From: Patescibacteria group bacterium
Lineage (GTDB): Bacteria; Patescibacteriota; Patescibacteriia; PEXW01
DNA length: 64,000 nt
Assembly: GCA_041665345.1 (NCBI GenBank)
Contig: JBAYJA010000001.1
Span: forward strand, 201,206 to 265,205
Direction of reading: 5' to 3'
The translations under genes were made by a program, and so were the position numbers. Shown one piece after another: positions 17,352 through 27,610 of the stretch. The notes beneath the pieces were generated by a model, which was not told where the DNA came from, ran no database searches, and saw only the letters and a program-made list of their open reading frames with translations. Position 1 is the stretch's first letter; each line of letters begins with the position of its first letter.

Positions 17352-18717
17352 AGCCCCACCAGTTCCCGAACCCCCAACCCCCCGAAAGGGGAAAGTGCCC
17401 GCATTGGTGCGCGGCATGAAAGATATTCTGCCTGTGGATTGGCCATGGTGGAATTTGGTTATCCAAAAAGTGATTAGCGTGGCGCAGGATTTTGGCTTTG
17501 AGCGCATTGAGACGCCGATTTTGGAAGAGCACAGCATGTTCGTGCGATCCGTAGGCAAGGAAACCGACATTGTGGAAAAGGAACTCTTCAATTTCGAAGA
17601 CAAGGGCGGTGACCATGTGACAATGCGGCCAGAGAATACCGCAGGCATTGTCCGTGCGTACTTGGAGCACGGCATGGTGGCACTGCCCCAGCCAGTGAAG
17701 CTTTTCTACATTGGTCCCATGTTTCGGTACGACCGACCGCAATCTGGCCGCTACCGCCAGTTTTGGCAATTTGGCTTTGAATTAATTGGCGACGGGCATC
17801 CGGTGGTGGATGCAGAGGTGATTGCCATTGGCCACGCTATTTACCAAGAGCTGGGTATACCCACGCGCGTCCAGGTGAACTCCGTGGGGGACGCGCCCAC
17901 TCGCCAAGCGTATGCCAAAGTGCTTACGGACTACTTCCGCACGCGGAAGAACCAACTCTGTGAAGACTGCAAGCGCCGGTTGCAGAAGAATCCCATGCGC
18001 GTGTTGGACTGCAAGCAGCCAGACTGCCAGCTTTTGGCGCAGGACGCACCGCCACTCATTGACCACCTGTCTGAAGCTGCACGGGAGCACTTTGTGAAAG
18101 TACTGGAGCATCTTGATGACATGGAAGTGCCCTACGATTTGAACCCGCGCATTGTCCGGGGGTTAGACTACTACACTCACACTGCGTTTGAGTATGTCCC
18201 TGCAGACGGGGTTGGCGCGGAAAAGCAGCAAGTGGCACTTGGGGGTGGCGGACGCTACGACGGGATGGTGGAATTGTTCGGTGGCCGACCCACGCCAGCC
18301 ATTGGCTTTGCGGGTGGCCTGGAGCGCACCATCATGCAGCTGAAGGCGCGCGGGATACAGCCTGCTGCACCTCCACGGCCCGACGTCTTTTTGGCGCAGC
18401 TTGGTGATGGTCCGCGCAAAAAGGCAGTGAAGCTGCACCGAGAACTTCGGGCAATGGGAATTCGCGCCGCTGCAACGTTCTCCAAGACGAATATCAAGGG
18501 CCAATTGGAAACTGCGAACCGCTTGCGTGCTCCGTTTACCCTCATTCTGGGGCAGAAAGAGCTGGTGGATGGCACTATTCTGATTCGCGACATGGAAAAC
18601 GGCATTCAAGAAGTGGTTGACTTCTCCAAAGTCATCTCCGAAATTCAGAAACGCATTGGGAAGACCAATGGGAATGGGAACGGCAGTGTGGTTCCAGATG
18701 CTCCAGCAGTTGCATGA
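17338..18717 (+). CDS. hisS: Histidine--tRNA ligase
   Basis: RGMKD, RPENTA, FRYDRPQSGRYRQFWQ, RGLDYYT, GGGRYD; likely start ATG 17338. Confidence 0.97.
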   Translation: MLPRKAPPVPEPPTPRKGKVPALVRGMKDILPVDWPWWNLVIQKVISVAQDFGFERIETPILEEHSMFVRSVGKETDIVEKELFNFEDKGGDHVTMRPENTAGIVRAYLEHGMVALPQPVKLFYIGPMFRYDRPQSGRYRQFWQFGFELIGDGHPVVDAEVIAIGHAIYQELGIPTRVQVNSVGDAPTRQAYAKVLTDYFRTRKNQLCEDCKRRLQKNPMRVLDCKQPDCQLLAQDAPPLIDHLSEAAREHFVKVLEHLDDMEVPYDLNPRIVRGLDYYTHTAFEYVPADGVGAEKQQVALGGGGRYDGMVELFGGRPTPAIGFAGGLERTIMQLKARGIQPAAPPRPDVFLAQLGDGPRKKAVKLHRELRAMGIRAAATFSKTNIKGQLETANRLRAPFTLILGQKELVDGTILIRDMENGIQEVVDFSKVISEIQKRIGKTNGNGNGSVVPDAPAVA

Positions 18718-19055
18718 GTACCCAAGATTGCATTTTCTGTTCGATTTCTGACCATGAGGCACCAGCGACAGTGGTTTGGGAGAATGAGGACGCCATGGCT
18801 TTTCAGGATATTCACCCTCGTGCCAAAGTGCACGTCCTGCTGATCCCAAAGCGACATTACACCAGTTTGGCCAACCTCAATGCGACAGATGCACCCTGGC
18901 TGGGCAAGTTGCTGGCGGCGGTCCCAGAGGTTGCGGAGAAGCTGGGCATCCGGGAGTCTGGGTTCAAGACCCTCATCCAAACAGGTGTTGATGGTGGCCA
19001 AGTGGTTGGTCACCTACACATCCACATTCTGGGCGGGGAACGGGTTGGGGAGTAG
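18714..19055 (+). CDS. HIT family nucleotide-binding protein
   Basis: DCIFCSI, HLHIHILGG triad. Confidence 0.95.
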   Translation: MSTQDCIFCSISDHEAPATVVWENEDAMAFQDIHPRAKVHVLLIPKRHYTSLANLNATDAPWLGKLLAAVPEVAEKLGIRESGFKTLIQTGVDGGQVVGHLHIHILGGERVGE

Positions 19056-19143
19056 GTCTGGCATTTGACAATGTGCCCTATTCCGTGTCATATTTTGTTT
19101 ACCGAATTTCTATCCAATAACACCTAAAGGAGGTGCCTGACCT

Positions 19144-19431
19144 GTGGTTGAAGTAAAGAAGAAAGACAACGAATCGAGCGAAAGCCTTATCCGCCGTTTC
19201 ACGCGACGCGTGCAGCAGAGCGGTGTTTTGCAGCGCACGAAAAAAGCGCAGTACTTTACGGAAACGCCCAATGAGCGTTTGGTGAAGGAAAAAGCCATTC
19301 GCCGGTCCAAGATCATGGAAAAGAAGGAGTACTTGCGGAAAATTGGGAAACTGGATGACCTGATGGCGAAGACGAAAGGTCGTGGCCGCACACGTGGCCT
19401 TGTGAAACTCCTTGGCGTAAAACTGAAATAA
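19144..19431 (+). CDS. rpsU: 30S ribosomal protein bS21
   Basis: VEVKKKDNES.ESLIRRFTRRVQQSGVL; rpsU-yqeY synteny. Confidence 0.85.
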   Translation: MVEVKKKDNESSESLIRRFTRRVQQSGVLQRTKKAQYFTETPNERLVKEKAIRRSKIMEKKEYLRKIGKLDDLMAKTKGRGRTRGLVKLLGVKLK

Positions 19432-19433
19432 GC

Positions 19434-19889
19434 ATGAACCTCAAAGAACGCATTGACACAGATGTCATTGCTGCAATGAAAGCGCATGACGCAACGCGAG
19501 TTGACGTTTTGCGCTTCACGAAAAGTAGCTTGCAGAACGCGGAAAAGCAGAAGCGCGAACCACTGACTGATGCTGAAGTGGAAAAAACCTTGGCGTCGGA
19601 AGTGAAACGCAGGCACGAAGCAGCGGAGCAGTTTCGCGCTGCGAACCGCGTTGATTTAGCTGAACCAGAAGAACAAGCAGCTGCCGTACTGCAAACGTAC
19701 TTGCCGCAACCCCTGACCCCTGCGGAAGTTCAGGCTATTGTGGATGAGTGCATTACTACCCTGGGCGCAAAGGGAAACCCTCAGGCCTTTGGGAAAGTTA
19801 TGGGTGCGGTCATGGCCAAAGTGGGCACCCGGGCTGACGGCAAAACCATTCAAACAGCAGTCCGTTCTCTCCTCAACCCTTCCAAATAA
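19434..19889 (+). CDS. yqeY: GatB/YqeY domain protein
   Basis: AMKA.D..R..LR, YLPQPLT, GKVMGAVM..V..RADG. Confidence 0.93.
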   Translation: MNLKERIDTDVIAAMKAHDATRVDVLRFTKSSLQNAEKQKREPLTDAEVEKTLASEVKRRHEAAEQFRAANRVDLAEPEEQAAAVLQTYLPQPLTPAEVQAIVDECITTLGAKGNPQAFGKVMGAVMAKVGTRADGKTIQTAVRSLLNPSK

Positions 19890-19933
19890 AACCCGGCCAT
19901 CTTGGCCGCGCATGTAGCTTGTCGGCACTGCGC

Positions 19934-22900
19934 ATGAAACACAGCCAAAAAACTTTCTTCGCTTTCCTTGCGCTTGGCGTCATAGCCGGAGCGGCGCTGT
20001 TTGCGTTTGCACATGTCGCCCAAGCCCTTACGGTTGAGAATGTTGGCGGCACCCTCACTTTGGGTGACGCAGATTTGAAGCAAACAGTCATCAACGTCAT
20101 CAAGTGGGCGTTGGGGCTCTTGGGTCTTGTGGCGGTCATCATCATGCTCTACGGCGGGTTCCTGTGGCTCACGTCACGGGGTGATGAAAAGCAAATTGAT
20201 AAAGCCAAGCGCACGCTCATCAACGGTGCCATTGGCATTGTCATCATTCTCGTTGCCTGGGCAATTGTGCTCTTCGTCCAGCGGTTCATTACGGGGTCAA
20301 CGGGCACGGCGAACGCAGCATCGTGTGGTCCAAATGTGGGTATAGGGTTTGGCCAATATGGTTGTAATGACTGCGTGGATAGCGCCCCCGTTGGGGATGG
20401 TGAGGGAATTCTTGTACCGAATCCAGCTTACTGTCAGGTACCTCCACCAGCAGATTACTGGCAATCAACGAGTCAAGTACCACCAAGGCCAACCGAAAAT
20501 GTGAAATTATGTACTACCCCCACAGAGACATTTGGCGGATTACGGGATGAGGATGGTGATTCCACACCCGATGAAAACAATGCAGCAACTGGTGAATATA
20601 CCGTCGAGCCACTCACGGATTTTGGTGGTGCGGTATCCGGGCCAGGAATTGTGGGTGTGACGAACAGGACGATAAGTCAATCTGCGGAGTTTATGCATAT
20701 CGGTGCGGATTTCGCGAGAAACACTGTGTATCGTGTTACGCACAATACTTTTTCAAGCGCGACCGGAGCATTGCTTACTTTACCTGCCCAAAGTTGGGAG
20801 TTTAAAACAGGTGAAGAAACAGACCAAGAGCCACCCACTGTGGATGCGGTATTGCCAGATAATGGCGATACCATTCAATGCCTCATGCCAGAACTACATG
20901 TTCGATTTAGTGAGGCCATGCTTGCATCCTCAATGCATGTCGACAATGTGCGTGTAGTAGTAACCCCAGCACCACCAACACCCGTAGAACTAACTTCAAT
21001 AACCCATTGGCCTGGGATGCTTGGTTTTACAGCAAATTTTGGCCAAGCACTCCCGGCAAACTCTACAGTAACGATTACATTAGATTCTCGTGAGGACACA
21101 ATATTACAACCCGGGTCGCACGGTGGGCAGTATCTACCCGGATTGAAAGACGCGTGCGTGAACGCGCTAGATGGTGATGGCGATACTAACTCTGAGGGTC
21201 CGCCACAAGACAACTACTCCTGGACATTTACAATTGGAAATACAACGCAAGTAGCCTGTGATCCAAAGATTACGAATATCGAATCACCAGTATTCTACGG
21301 AAATAATGGTGCAGATGCACTACAATCTGTAACCATTTCAGGTGAAAATTTTGGCCTCAACCCCACTGTTCATTTTACGGGGATTGGAGTTATTGCAAAT
21401 AACATAGGTGGTCCCACGAGCAGTTGTTTTGATGCGAATTTCAGACCCAAGCAGAATAATTCGGAACAGTGCATTCTCAATTCGAATAACAGCACGATAC
21501 AGACACTCGTCCCGGCGGGACATACACCATCAGCCAATGCAAGTCTCTCAGCATCCAGTGGTGCGGTTGATGGATCTGTGGTGGTGCAGACGGGGAAGTA
21601 CAGTCCTCCTTCAACTCCCATCGATGTGCAAAGCCCACATATAGACTGGGCGAATCCACCTGATGGCAAGGAAGGAACATTTGTAACGATCCACGGTTCA
21701 CATTTCGGTAATAATGCAGGAACAGTGTATTTCCGCAAAGCTGATGGCTCAAGCGCGGTGAGCGCACCAATTCCAGCTTGTGCGGGAGCTAGTGGATGGA
21801 CCGACACCGAGATAGTTGTACAGGTACCCGCAGGATTTGCTGTTGCCGAATTGGCCGATATTCAGGTTCGAAACATTTCTCTTCCTGAACCACGTGGTCG
21901 AAGTAATTTGTTCCGCTTTACAATTAACAATGTTGAGCATCCAGGCCTATGTTTTATTGATCCCGTATGTCACGCGTCTAGCGGACAGGAACTTGTAGCC
22001 ACAGGAGAAGGATTTGGCAGCGATATAAATCAATTGCAAGGTTTGTACAATGCATTTGGCGATGCTGGTAAGAACTTTGTCTCCCCTGGTGTTGTGCGAT
22101 TCAGTGCACCCGATACGCTGCCTAACAATTCGTATAATTTTGCGGTTCGGGTTGGGACCAGGGTAACCAACCCACGCTCCTACCGCATCCCGTGCGACCC
22201 GCCGCCGCAGGTGGTGGAGAGCGCGTCGTGCAGTGCCACCCAGGTGCCGTCACCCAACCCCCGGCCAAACAGCACGGACATGTGCCGCAACAGCATTATC
22301 CAGGCGGAGTTTAATGTGGATATGAATGTTGGCACATTGATTGCAGCAAACATGCAGGTGCAGGACTGCGGTGCAAACCCCACCTTTGACGGTTCATCGT
22401 GTGCCAATATTGCTGGAGATGTTACTGCACCATCGGACCGTATTATTCAATTTGCACCAGACGCGGCTTTACTTGGGAATCACTGGTACCAGGTAACTAT
22501 AGGGCGTGGTGTGCAAAATGTGGGGCTAGCGAACATGAACCAAGATTACGTCTGGCACTTCCGCGTGCGAGATAGTGCGGAAAACTGTACAGCGCAAATG
22601 GTCACGGTGCAACCAAGCAATTGGCCGATGCTTACGGGTGATTCAAATAATTTTCAAGCTCAGGCAATGCTGAATAACTGCAATCTCTTGGATACAGATG
22701 CGAATTTTTCTTGGGCGACTTCGAATGTAGTTTTGACTAACAACGTCATTCCATTAGGCCCAGGTGGGAGTTTTGGGAGAATTACCATTCAACCGCCAAC
22801 ACCTGGTGAAACCGATCTCACTGCCGTGCTTACAGCACAAGCAGACGGAAAGCAAGGCCAAGCCATTGTGACGGTGCGACGCGGGGCGTGTGAAACCAAC

Positions 22901-25900
22901 GCTGACTGTACAGCCGGCGGAACCATGTGTGCAGGTTCCATCTGCCAAGAAGTCTCACCGGGGAACAAGCGGTGTACGCCTTCCATTACGAGCATGACGA
23001 ACACCGGACCAGCAGGAAATTTGGTGACTATTGATGGTTGCTACTTTGGGGCGTACAAGGGGAGTGGTACGGTTCGGTTTGATGTGAATGAAACTGTTGA
23101 TCCTTCAGCCGTGGAAGGAAACTTTGCCATGTGCGGCCCTGGTGCGTGGACTGATACCCAGATCACTGTAGCGCATGAACCAAAGGACGCTGTGACAGGC
23201 TCAGTTTGGAAAGCCCAAGTGCAACCCGACGGCGCTGGCGTGAACCCAAGTCCATGGTTTACGGGGTACACCGTGGCAGGCTTGTGCCAGACGAACACTG
23301 GCGCGATGGTACCGGTTCCTGCAGATGGCGTCCCCCAGCTGTGCGGCATTTCACCAAGTATTGCCAAGGCAAGTCAGCAAATTACATATACTGGCGCTCG
23401 TTTTAACCCATCAAATGGCGATCCAACAAATGATAGCCGGGTGTTCTTCCAGCAAACGGCTGCTGGTGTGCCTCCTTGGACGCCAGCACAAAGCAGTGGG
23501 ACTTTTTCAACGACGATGGGCACAGGGGTAGTAGCAGGTAATGCGGTTTACTCGCCTGGTCGTACTGTTGTTGGAAAACCTGTTACTGGGGCACCCGGAC
23601 TGTACTGCCTTTCCAACCATAAAGATTTCACGCTTCGGTGTGACACCAATGCTGAGTGTGCGAGCGGGTGCTGCAGTGGGAACCAGTGCGCGCCGAATTT
23701 GAATGCTTGCACGGATAGCTTAGTTGATTCCGTTGATCCTGATAGTGGCACGCTTTCTTGCCGCAACGCGTCTTTCACCATTACCTTTACTCCAGACATG
23801 CAGGGGAGCACGCTCACTACAGCAAACATCAAGCTCCGGCTGTCACCTGGGGGTGCAGAGATTCCCACAGATTTGCACATCATGGGGAGTAAGGTCGTCA
23901 GACTGAATCCCAAAACACCTATAGCAAGGAATAGTGTTGTAGAAGTTATCATTCGTGGTTCGCAAATTGGCGTACTGTCTGTTGATGGAAAATTTATGGG
24001 GGGTGACTGGATTGCTGGGCCAGTGCAAGTTGCTGCTGATGCAACAATTTGCACAGTCAACCGGGTGGCAGTGGTTCGGTACTTCAATACGCCAATTACT
24101 GAAGACCTCTTTGGCTGCAGTGGGAATAATTGTAGCGGTGATATTGATGGTGCAAATGGAAATCAGCATGGGTACTTTGCTGTTGCCCTAAGCACTGGAG
24201 GTGAAATACTCACTGCAGAATCTCAAGTGTGGACGGAAGCAGATACCGGTGGTACTCCAGGGCAAACGAACACCTACACTGGTGGTTTGGATGCAGGGTT
24301 ATGTAGGGGGGCTGCAACTGGTCCAGATCAGGTGTACTGTGCAACCGCTCTGAACGTAGCTAATGGTACGGAAAATTTGACCGTGCAGGTTACAGCCGCG
24401 AATAACGCCGGAACTGGCACAGCAACTTTTCCTATCCGTTCCTTCATGTGCGCTAACCCCTGGCCAGCACCACCGAACTACCCCTTCCGGGATTCGATAT
24501 TCAATTTTGAAACATCTTTCTGCCGGGACAGCTTACCGGACTACACGCTCCAACCCGTGAATACCGGCAATGCGATCGACCCTGACATTTTGCAAGAGTA
24601 CTTATTTACGGTCCAGAAGACTGGTGCGGGGACTGGCGATGCGCTTGGCATTCGGGTATACCTCAACCAAAACCACCTGTCGCCAGAGAAGTGGTACAAG
24701 CTGAAGCAGGGGGTCGCTCCTTCAGGTGGCGCAACCACCATTGATGGTTTCCCGGCGATTCGGGAAGGCCGCACCGTGTACGTCGGTGCTCCAAATTTGT
24801 TTAGCAATCAATACTACCCAAATATCTACGTCATTTCGCATACGGACAATGCGTCCAGTGAAACCGTGCAGATTTTTGAGAACATTCTGAAAAATTTTCG
24901 CTTAGCACTTTTCGCAGATGCAACGGAGAAAGTTGCTTTGCAACGGGATATGGTTCGTTTCCATAATTACTGGGATATTGTCTACGCGCTGGAAGATCGG
25001 CGTCTGAAGCAGGGGAGTTACCCCAAGTTAGAAACTGGGTCGTACCTCAAAGGTATTTCCACGACCCATTGGCCATCGTGGAATCAGGCATTCACCCAAG
25101 AGTTGGGTATATCACCACCCAAAGATCCACAAGATACCTGGAATCCGGGGATTCTAAACACGCGCTGTCCTGCTTCAAGTGGTTACGAGCAAACGACCTG
25201 CTGGAGCGAATCACTCAAGCGATTCCAGTTTCCCAACGAGCCGGCGAATAATCCACCGCTGTCCAAGGGGATTCTCTACTCGTACCCAAACACAGCGCTT
25301 TACGGAACCGTGGAAGCGGTGCAGCACCCCTGGGGGCAATTTACCCTCACGCGAAATTTTACGGGAGCCACTGTGCCTACCGATGATCCATGTAGTTCTT
25401 TCACCGGTTCACGTTGCAATGGGTTCAACGTCAAAATCCCAATGACATTATTTGCAGCCATTGTGAATGCGACTGTTGTATCGCAATCTGATACAACCGC
25501 TCCAACGGTGAGCATAACGTCACCAACCGCTGGTGGCGTCTCGGGCATGGTGTCCTTCATTGCGCAAGCGCAAGACAATGCAGCTGGAACCGGGATTGAA
25601 AATGTGACCTTCACCTTGCAAGGCCCAGATACCATTAGCCGTGTTGAAACCGTACCATTTGCACCTGGTCGGTACCGCTTGATTGTGAATACGCAGGGAC
25701 TCACCAATGGGCCTTACCAGCTGACGGTCAGAGCGTTTGACCGGGCCGGGAATCCTTCCACCACTGCGCAGCGGTCATACACCGTGTCCAATACCAGCAG
25801 TACCCCAGACAACCAAGCGCCGAGCCTGAGTTTCACGCAGCCAAGTACAGCTGGAGCAGTCCTGGCAAAGAACGTAGCGAACACTGTAGCCGCTTTTGCC

Positions 25901-26992
25901 GATGATCAGCTCGCTGGAGGTTCTGGGATTGCTGCCGTCACCTTCTACCTTTCCCGTTCGTCCTCTTTCTCAGTCTCAGGGCCGCAAGCCAATGAACTAC
26001 TTGGGCAGTCCCCAGGCACTGCCTGCGGCGGCGCGGCGTGCCCGCTGTTCTACACCGGCAGCGTGACCATTCCGCAGTCCACTTTGGCAACGTACACCAA
26101 TGGGTCAAAAACCCTGCGGGCAGTAGCGCGGGATGTGGCCGGGAATACCCGCACGGTCGATCTGCTGGTGAATATTGAGACTACTGCAACGAATGACGCG
26201 CGGCCGATTATTACGGCGTTTACCCCAAATGGGAGCACGGCGCTGCCGCTGGGAGTACCCTCGACCATTCAGATCCAAGCGTCCGATGATCACGCCCTGG
26301 CTGGGTTGAGCGTTTCCGTGGTCACAGGATCGGAACCGTATACGAACGTCGATATTCCAAACGACTCTATTGCGTTCAACCCCACGCCCCCAACGCTGTC
26401 TGCCACCCATGCCTTTACCTGGACGCCAACGACAGTGGGGGTCTACTCTTTCACCTTTCAAGCAAATGACTTCGTTCCACAAGTTGCAGCGTTTAGCATC
26501 CTCGTCAGCGTGGAAGATCTTAATACTCCACCAGTCATCAGTATGAACCAACCGGGAAATGGTACGACAGTCCAGAGTGCAACGTTAGTGCCAATTCGTG
26601 CCACAATTTCTGACGCAAATAGTAACCTGAGTACCCTTGCAGTGCGAATTGATGATCTCACAACGCCTGCAGCTTCATTTGACTATCCTAATTTGACGAA
26701 TTACTACAATACCTCCAGTACGAGCACGTGGAATCTCAATATTCCAGATTGGACACCCGCTGCAGCGCACAACTACCGCATACGGATTACTGCACAAGAT
26801 GCCAATAGTGCCCAGGGACAAGTTGAGACGAATATTACCGTCAACGCGTCAGCGCCGGTACAGTGTGGTCCAGTCAGTTACGGAATTTCCTGTATGAGTG
26901 GCGTGCAGCAGTGCTGTGATTTCTCTGGTTGTAACAATACCGTTTTTTGCGCACCAATGTCTGGAAGCTGCGGCAACCCTGCCTGCTCGTAG
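19934..26992 (+). CDS. Giant cell-surface protein: N-terminal TrbC/VirB2-like pilin domain, Ig-like (Big_5/SbsA), IPT/TIG and Cys-rich repeats
   Basis: Signal peptide; MLYGGFLWLTSRGDEKQIDKAKRTLINGAIG pilin motif; F.E.M..S/ F..DM..TL Ig-like repeats; VTIHGSHFG..WTDTEI IPT repeats; D..AP.VS..P Big domains. Confidence 0.88.
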   Translation: MKHSQKTFFAFLALGVIAGAALFAFAHVAQALTVENVGGTLTLGDADLKQTVINVIKWALGLLGLVAVIIMLYGGFLWLTSRGDEKQIDKAKRTLINGAIGIVIILVAWAIVLFVQRFITGSTGTANAASCGPNVGIGFGQYGCNDCVDSAPVGDGEGILVPNPAYCQVPPPADYWQSTSQVPPRPTENVKLCTTPTETFGGLRDEDGDSTPDENNAATGEYTVEPLTDFGGAVSGPGIVGVTNRTISQSAEFMHIGADFARNTVYRVTHNTFSSATGALLTLPAQSWEFKTGEETDQEPPTVDAVLPDNGDTIQCLMPELHVRFSEAMLASSMHVDNVRVVVTPAPPTPVELTSITHWPGMLGFTANFGQALPANSTVTITLDSREDTILQPGSHGGQYLPGLKDACVNALDGDGDTNSEGPPQDNYSWTFTIGNTTQVACDPKITNIESPVFYGNNGADALQSVTISGENFGLNPTVHFTGIGVIANNIGGPTSSCFDANFRPKQNNSEQCILNSNNSTIQTLVPAGHTPSANASLSASSGAVDGSVVVQTGKYSPPSTPIDVQSPHIDWANPPDGKEGTFVTIHGSHFGNNAGTVYFRKADGSSAVSAPIPACAGASGWTDTEIVVQVPAGFAVAELADIQVRNISLPEPRGRSNLFRFTINNVEHPGLCFIDPVCHASSGQELVATGEGFGSDINQLQGLYNAFGDAGKNFVSPGVVRFSAPDTLPNNSYNFAVRVGTRVTNPRSYRIPCDPPPQVVESASCSATQVPSPNPRPNSTDMCRNSIIQAEFNVDMNVGTLIAANMQVQDCGANPTFDGSSCANIAGDVTAPSDRIIQFAPDAALLGNHWYQVTIGRGVQNVGLANMNQDYVWHFRVRDSAENCTAQMVTVQPSNWPMLTGDSNNFQAQAMLNNCNLLDTDANFSWATSNVVLTNNVIPLGPGGSFGRITIQPPTPGETDLTAVLTAQADGKQGQAIVTVRRGACETNADCTAGGTMCAGSICQEVSPGNKRCTPSITSMTNTGPAGNLVTIDGCYFGAYKGSGTVRFDVNETVDPSAVEGNFAMCGPGAWTDTQITVAHEPKDAVTGSVWKAQVQPDGAGVNPSPWFTGYTVAGLCQTNTGAMVPVPADGVPQLCGISPSIAKASQQITYTGARFNPSNGDPTNDSRVFFQQTAAGVPPWTPAQSSGTFSTTMGTGVVAGNAVYSPGRTVVGKPVTGAPGLYCLSNHKDFTLRCDTNAECASGCCSGNQCAPNLNACTDSLVDSVDPDSGTLSCRNASFTITFTPDMQGSTLTTANIKLRLSPGGAEIPTDLHIMGSKVVRLNPKTPIARNSVVEVIIRGSQIGVLSVDGKFMGGDWIAGPVQVAADATICTVNRVAVVRYFNTPITEDLFGCSGNNCSGDIDGANGNQHGYFAVALSTGGEILTAESQVWTEADTGGTPGQTNTYTGGLDAGLCRGAATGPDQVYCATALNVANGTENLTVQVTAANNAGTGTATFPIRSFMCANPWPAPPNYPFRDSIFNFETSFCRDSLPDYTLQPVNTGNAIDPDILQEYLFTVQKTGAGTGDALGIRVYLNQNHLSPEKWYKLKQGVAPSGGATTIDGFPAIREGRTVYVGAPNLFSNQYYPNIYVISHTDNASSETVQIFENILKNFRLALFADATEKVALQRDMVRFHNYWDIVYALEDRRLKQGSYPKLETGSYLKGISTTHWPSWNQAFTQELGISPPKDPQDTWNPGILNTRCPASSGYEQTTCWSESLKRFQFPNEPANNPPLSKGILYSYPNTALYGTVEAVQHPWGQFTLTRNFTGATVPTDDPCSSFTGSRCNGFNVKIPMTLFAAIVNATVVSQSDTTAPTVSITSPTAGGVSGMVSFIAQAQDNAAGTGIENVTFTLQGPDTISRVETVPFAPGRYRLIVNTQGLTNGPYQLTVRAFDRAGNPSTTAQRSYTVSNTSSTPDNQAPSLSFTQPSTAGAVLAKNVANTVAAFADDQLAGGSGIAAVTFYLSRSSSFSVSGPQANELLGQSPGTACGGAACPLFYTGSVTIPQSTLATYTNGSKTLRAVARDVAGNTRTVDLLVNIETTATNDARPIITAFTPNGSTALPLGVPSTIQIQASDDHALAGLSVSVVTGSEPYTNVDIPNDSIAFNPTPPTLSATHAFTWTPTTVGVYSFTFQANDFVPQVAAFSILVSVEDLNTPPVISMNQPGNGTTVQSATLVPIRATISDANSNLSTLAVRIDDLTTPAASFDYPNLTNYYNTSSTSTWNLNIPDWTPAAAHNYRIRITAQDANSAQGQVETNITVNASAPVQCGPVSYGISCMSGVQQCCDFSGCNNTVFCAPMSGSCGNPACS

Positions 26993-27010
26993 ATTTTTTA
27001 TCCAATCACC

Positions 27011-27598
27011 ATGGCAAAGATTCCTGAAGACATTTTCCAAAACGTTGACCAGCAACCTGCGGGTGGACCTCGTCCAGCAGTTCCTGTGCAGCCGAAGCCA
27101 GCAGCACCAGTTTTTCCTGCAGCACTTGCGCCCCAGCAAAAGTCACGGCGCTGGGTGCTCCTGTCACTCGTTGCTTTGGTGCTCGTCCTTGGGCTGGGCG
27201 TGGTGGCCATTACCCTGCAACGGAAGAACCAAAATCCTACTACGAATGTAGCTGGTTTGGCGCAAGTGAACACGAATGCAAGCCAAACCACCTCAGTTGG
27301 GGGTACCCCCAAAAATTTGACGGTACCTGAGACGGCTCCTGATGCAGACAAGGATGGGCTTACGGATGCGGACGAGCAAGCTGCCGGGACAGACGCGAAG
27401 AAAGTGGATACCGATAGCGATCAACTCTCGGATTTTGATGAAGTGCAAGTGTACAAAACCGATCCGCGAAAACCAGACACAGACGGGGATGCGAACCCAG
27501 ATGGCGTGGAGGTAAAAAAAGGGTATAATCCAAAAGGCGCCGGTTTCCTACGGGATTTCCAAGGCGCGAAAAATTCTCTCACCAATACCAATTCTTAA
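27011..27598 (+). CDS. Single-TM protein with DxDxDG(L) Ca-binding (TSP3-like) repeats
   Basis: DADKDGLTDADE, DTDSDQLSDFDE, DTDGDANPDGVE. Confidence 0.85.
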   Translation: MAKIPEDIFQNVDQQPAGGPRPAVPVQPKPAAPVFPAALAPQQKSRRWVLLSLVALVLVLGLGVVAITLQRKNQNPTTNVAGLAQVNTNASQTTSVGGTPKNLTVPETAPDADKDGLTDADEQAAGTDAKKVDTDSDQLSDFDEVQVYKTDPRKPDTDGDANPDGVEVKKGYNPKGAGFLRDFQGAKNSLTNTNS

Positions 27599-27610
27599 AC
27601 CCAGAAAACT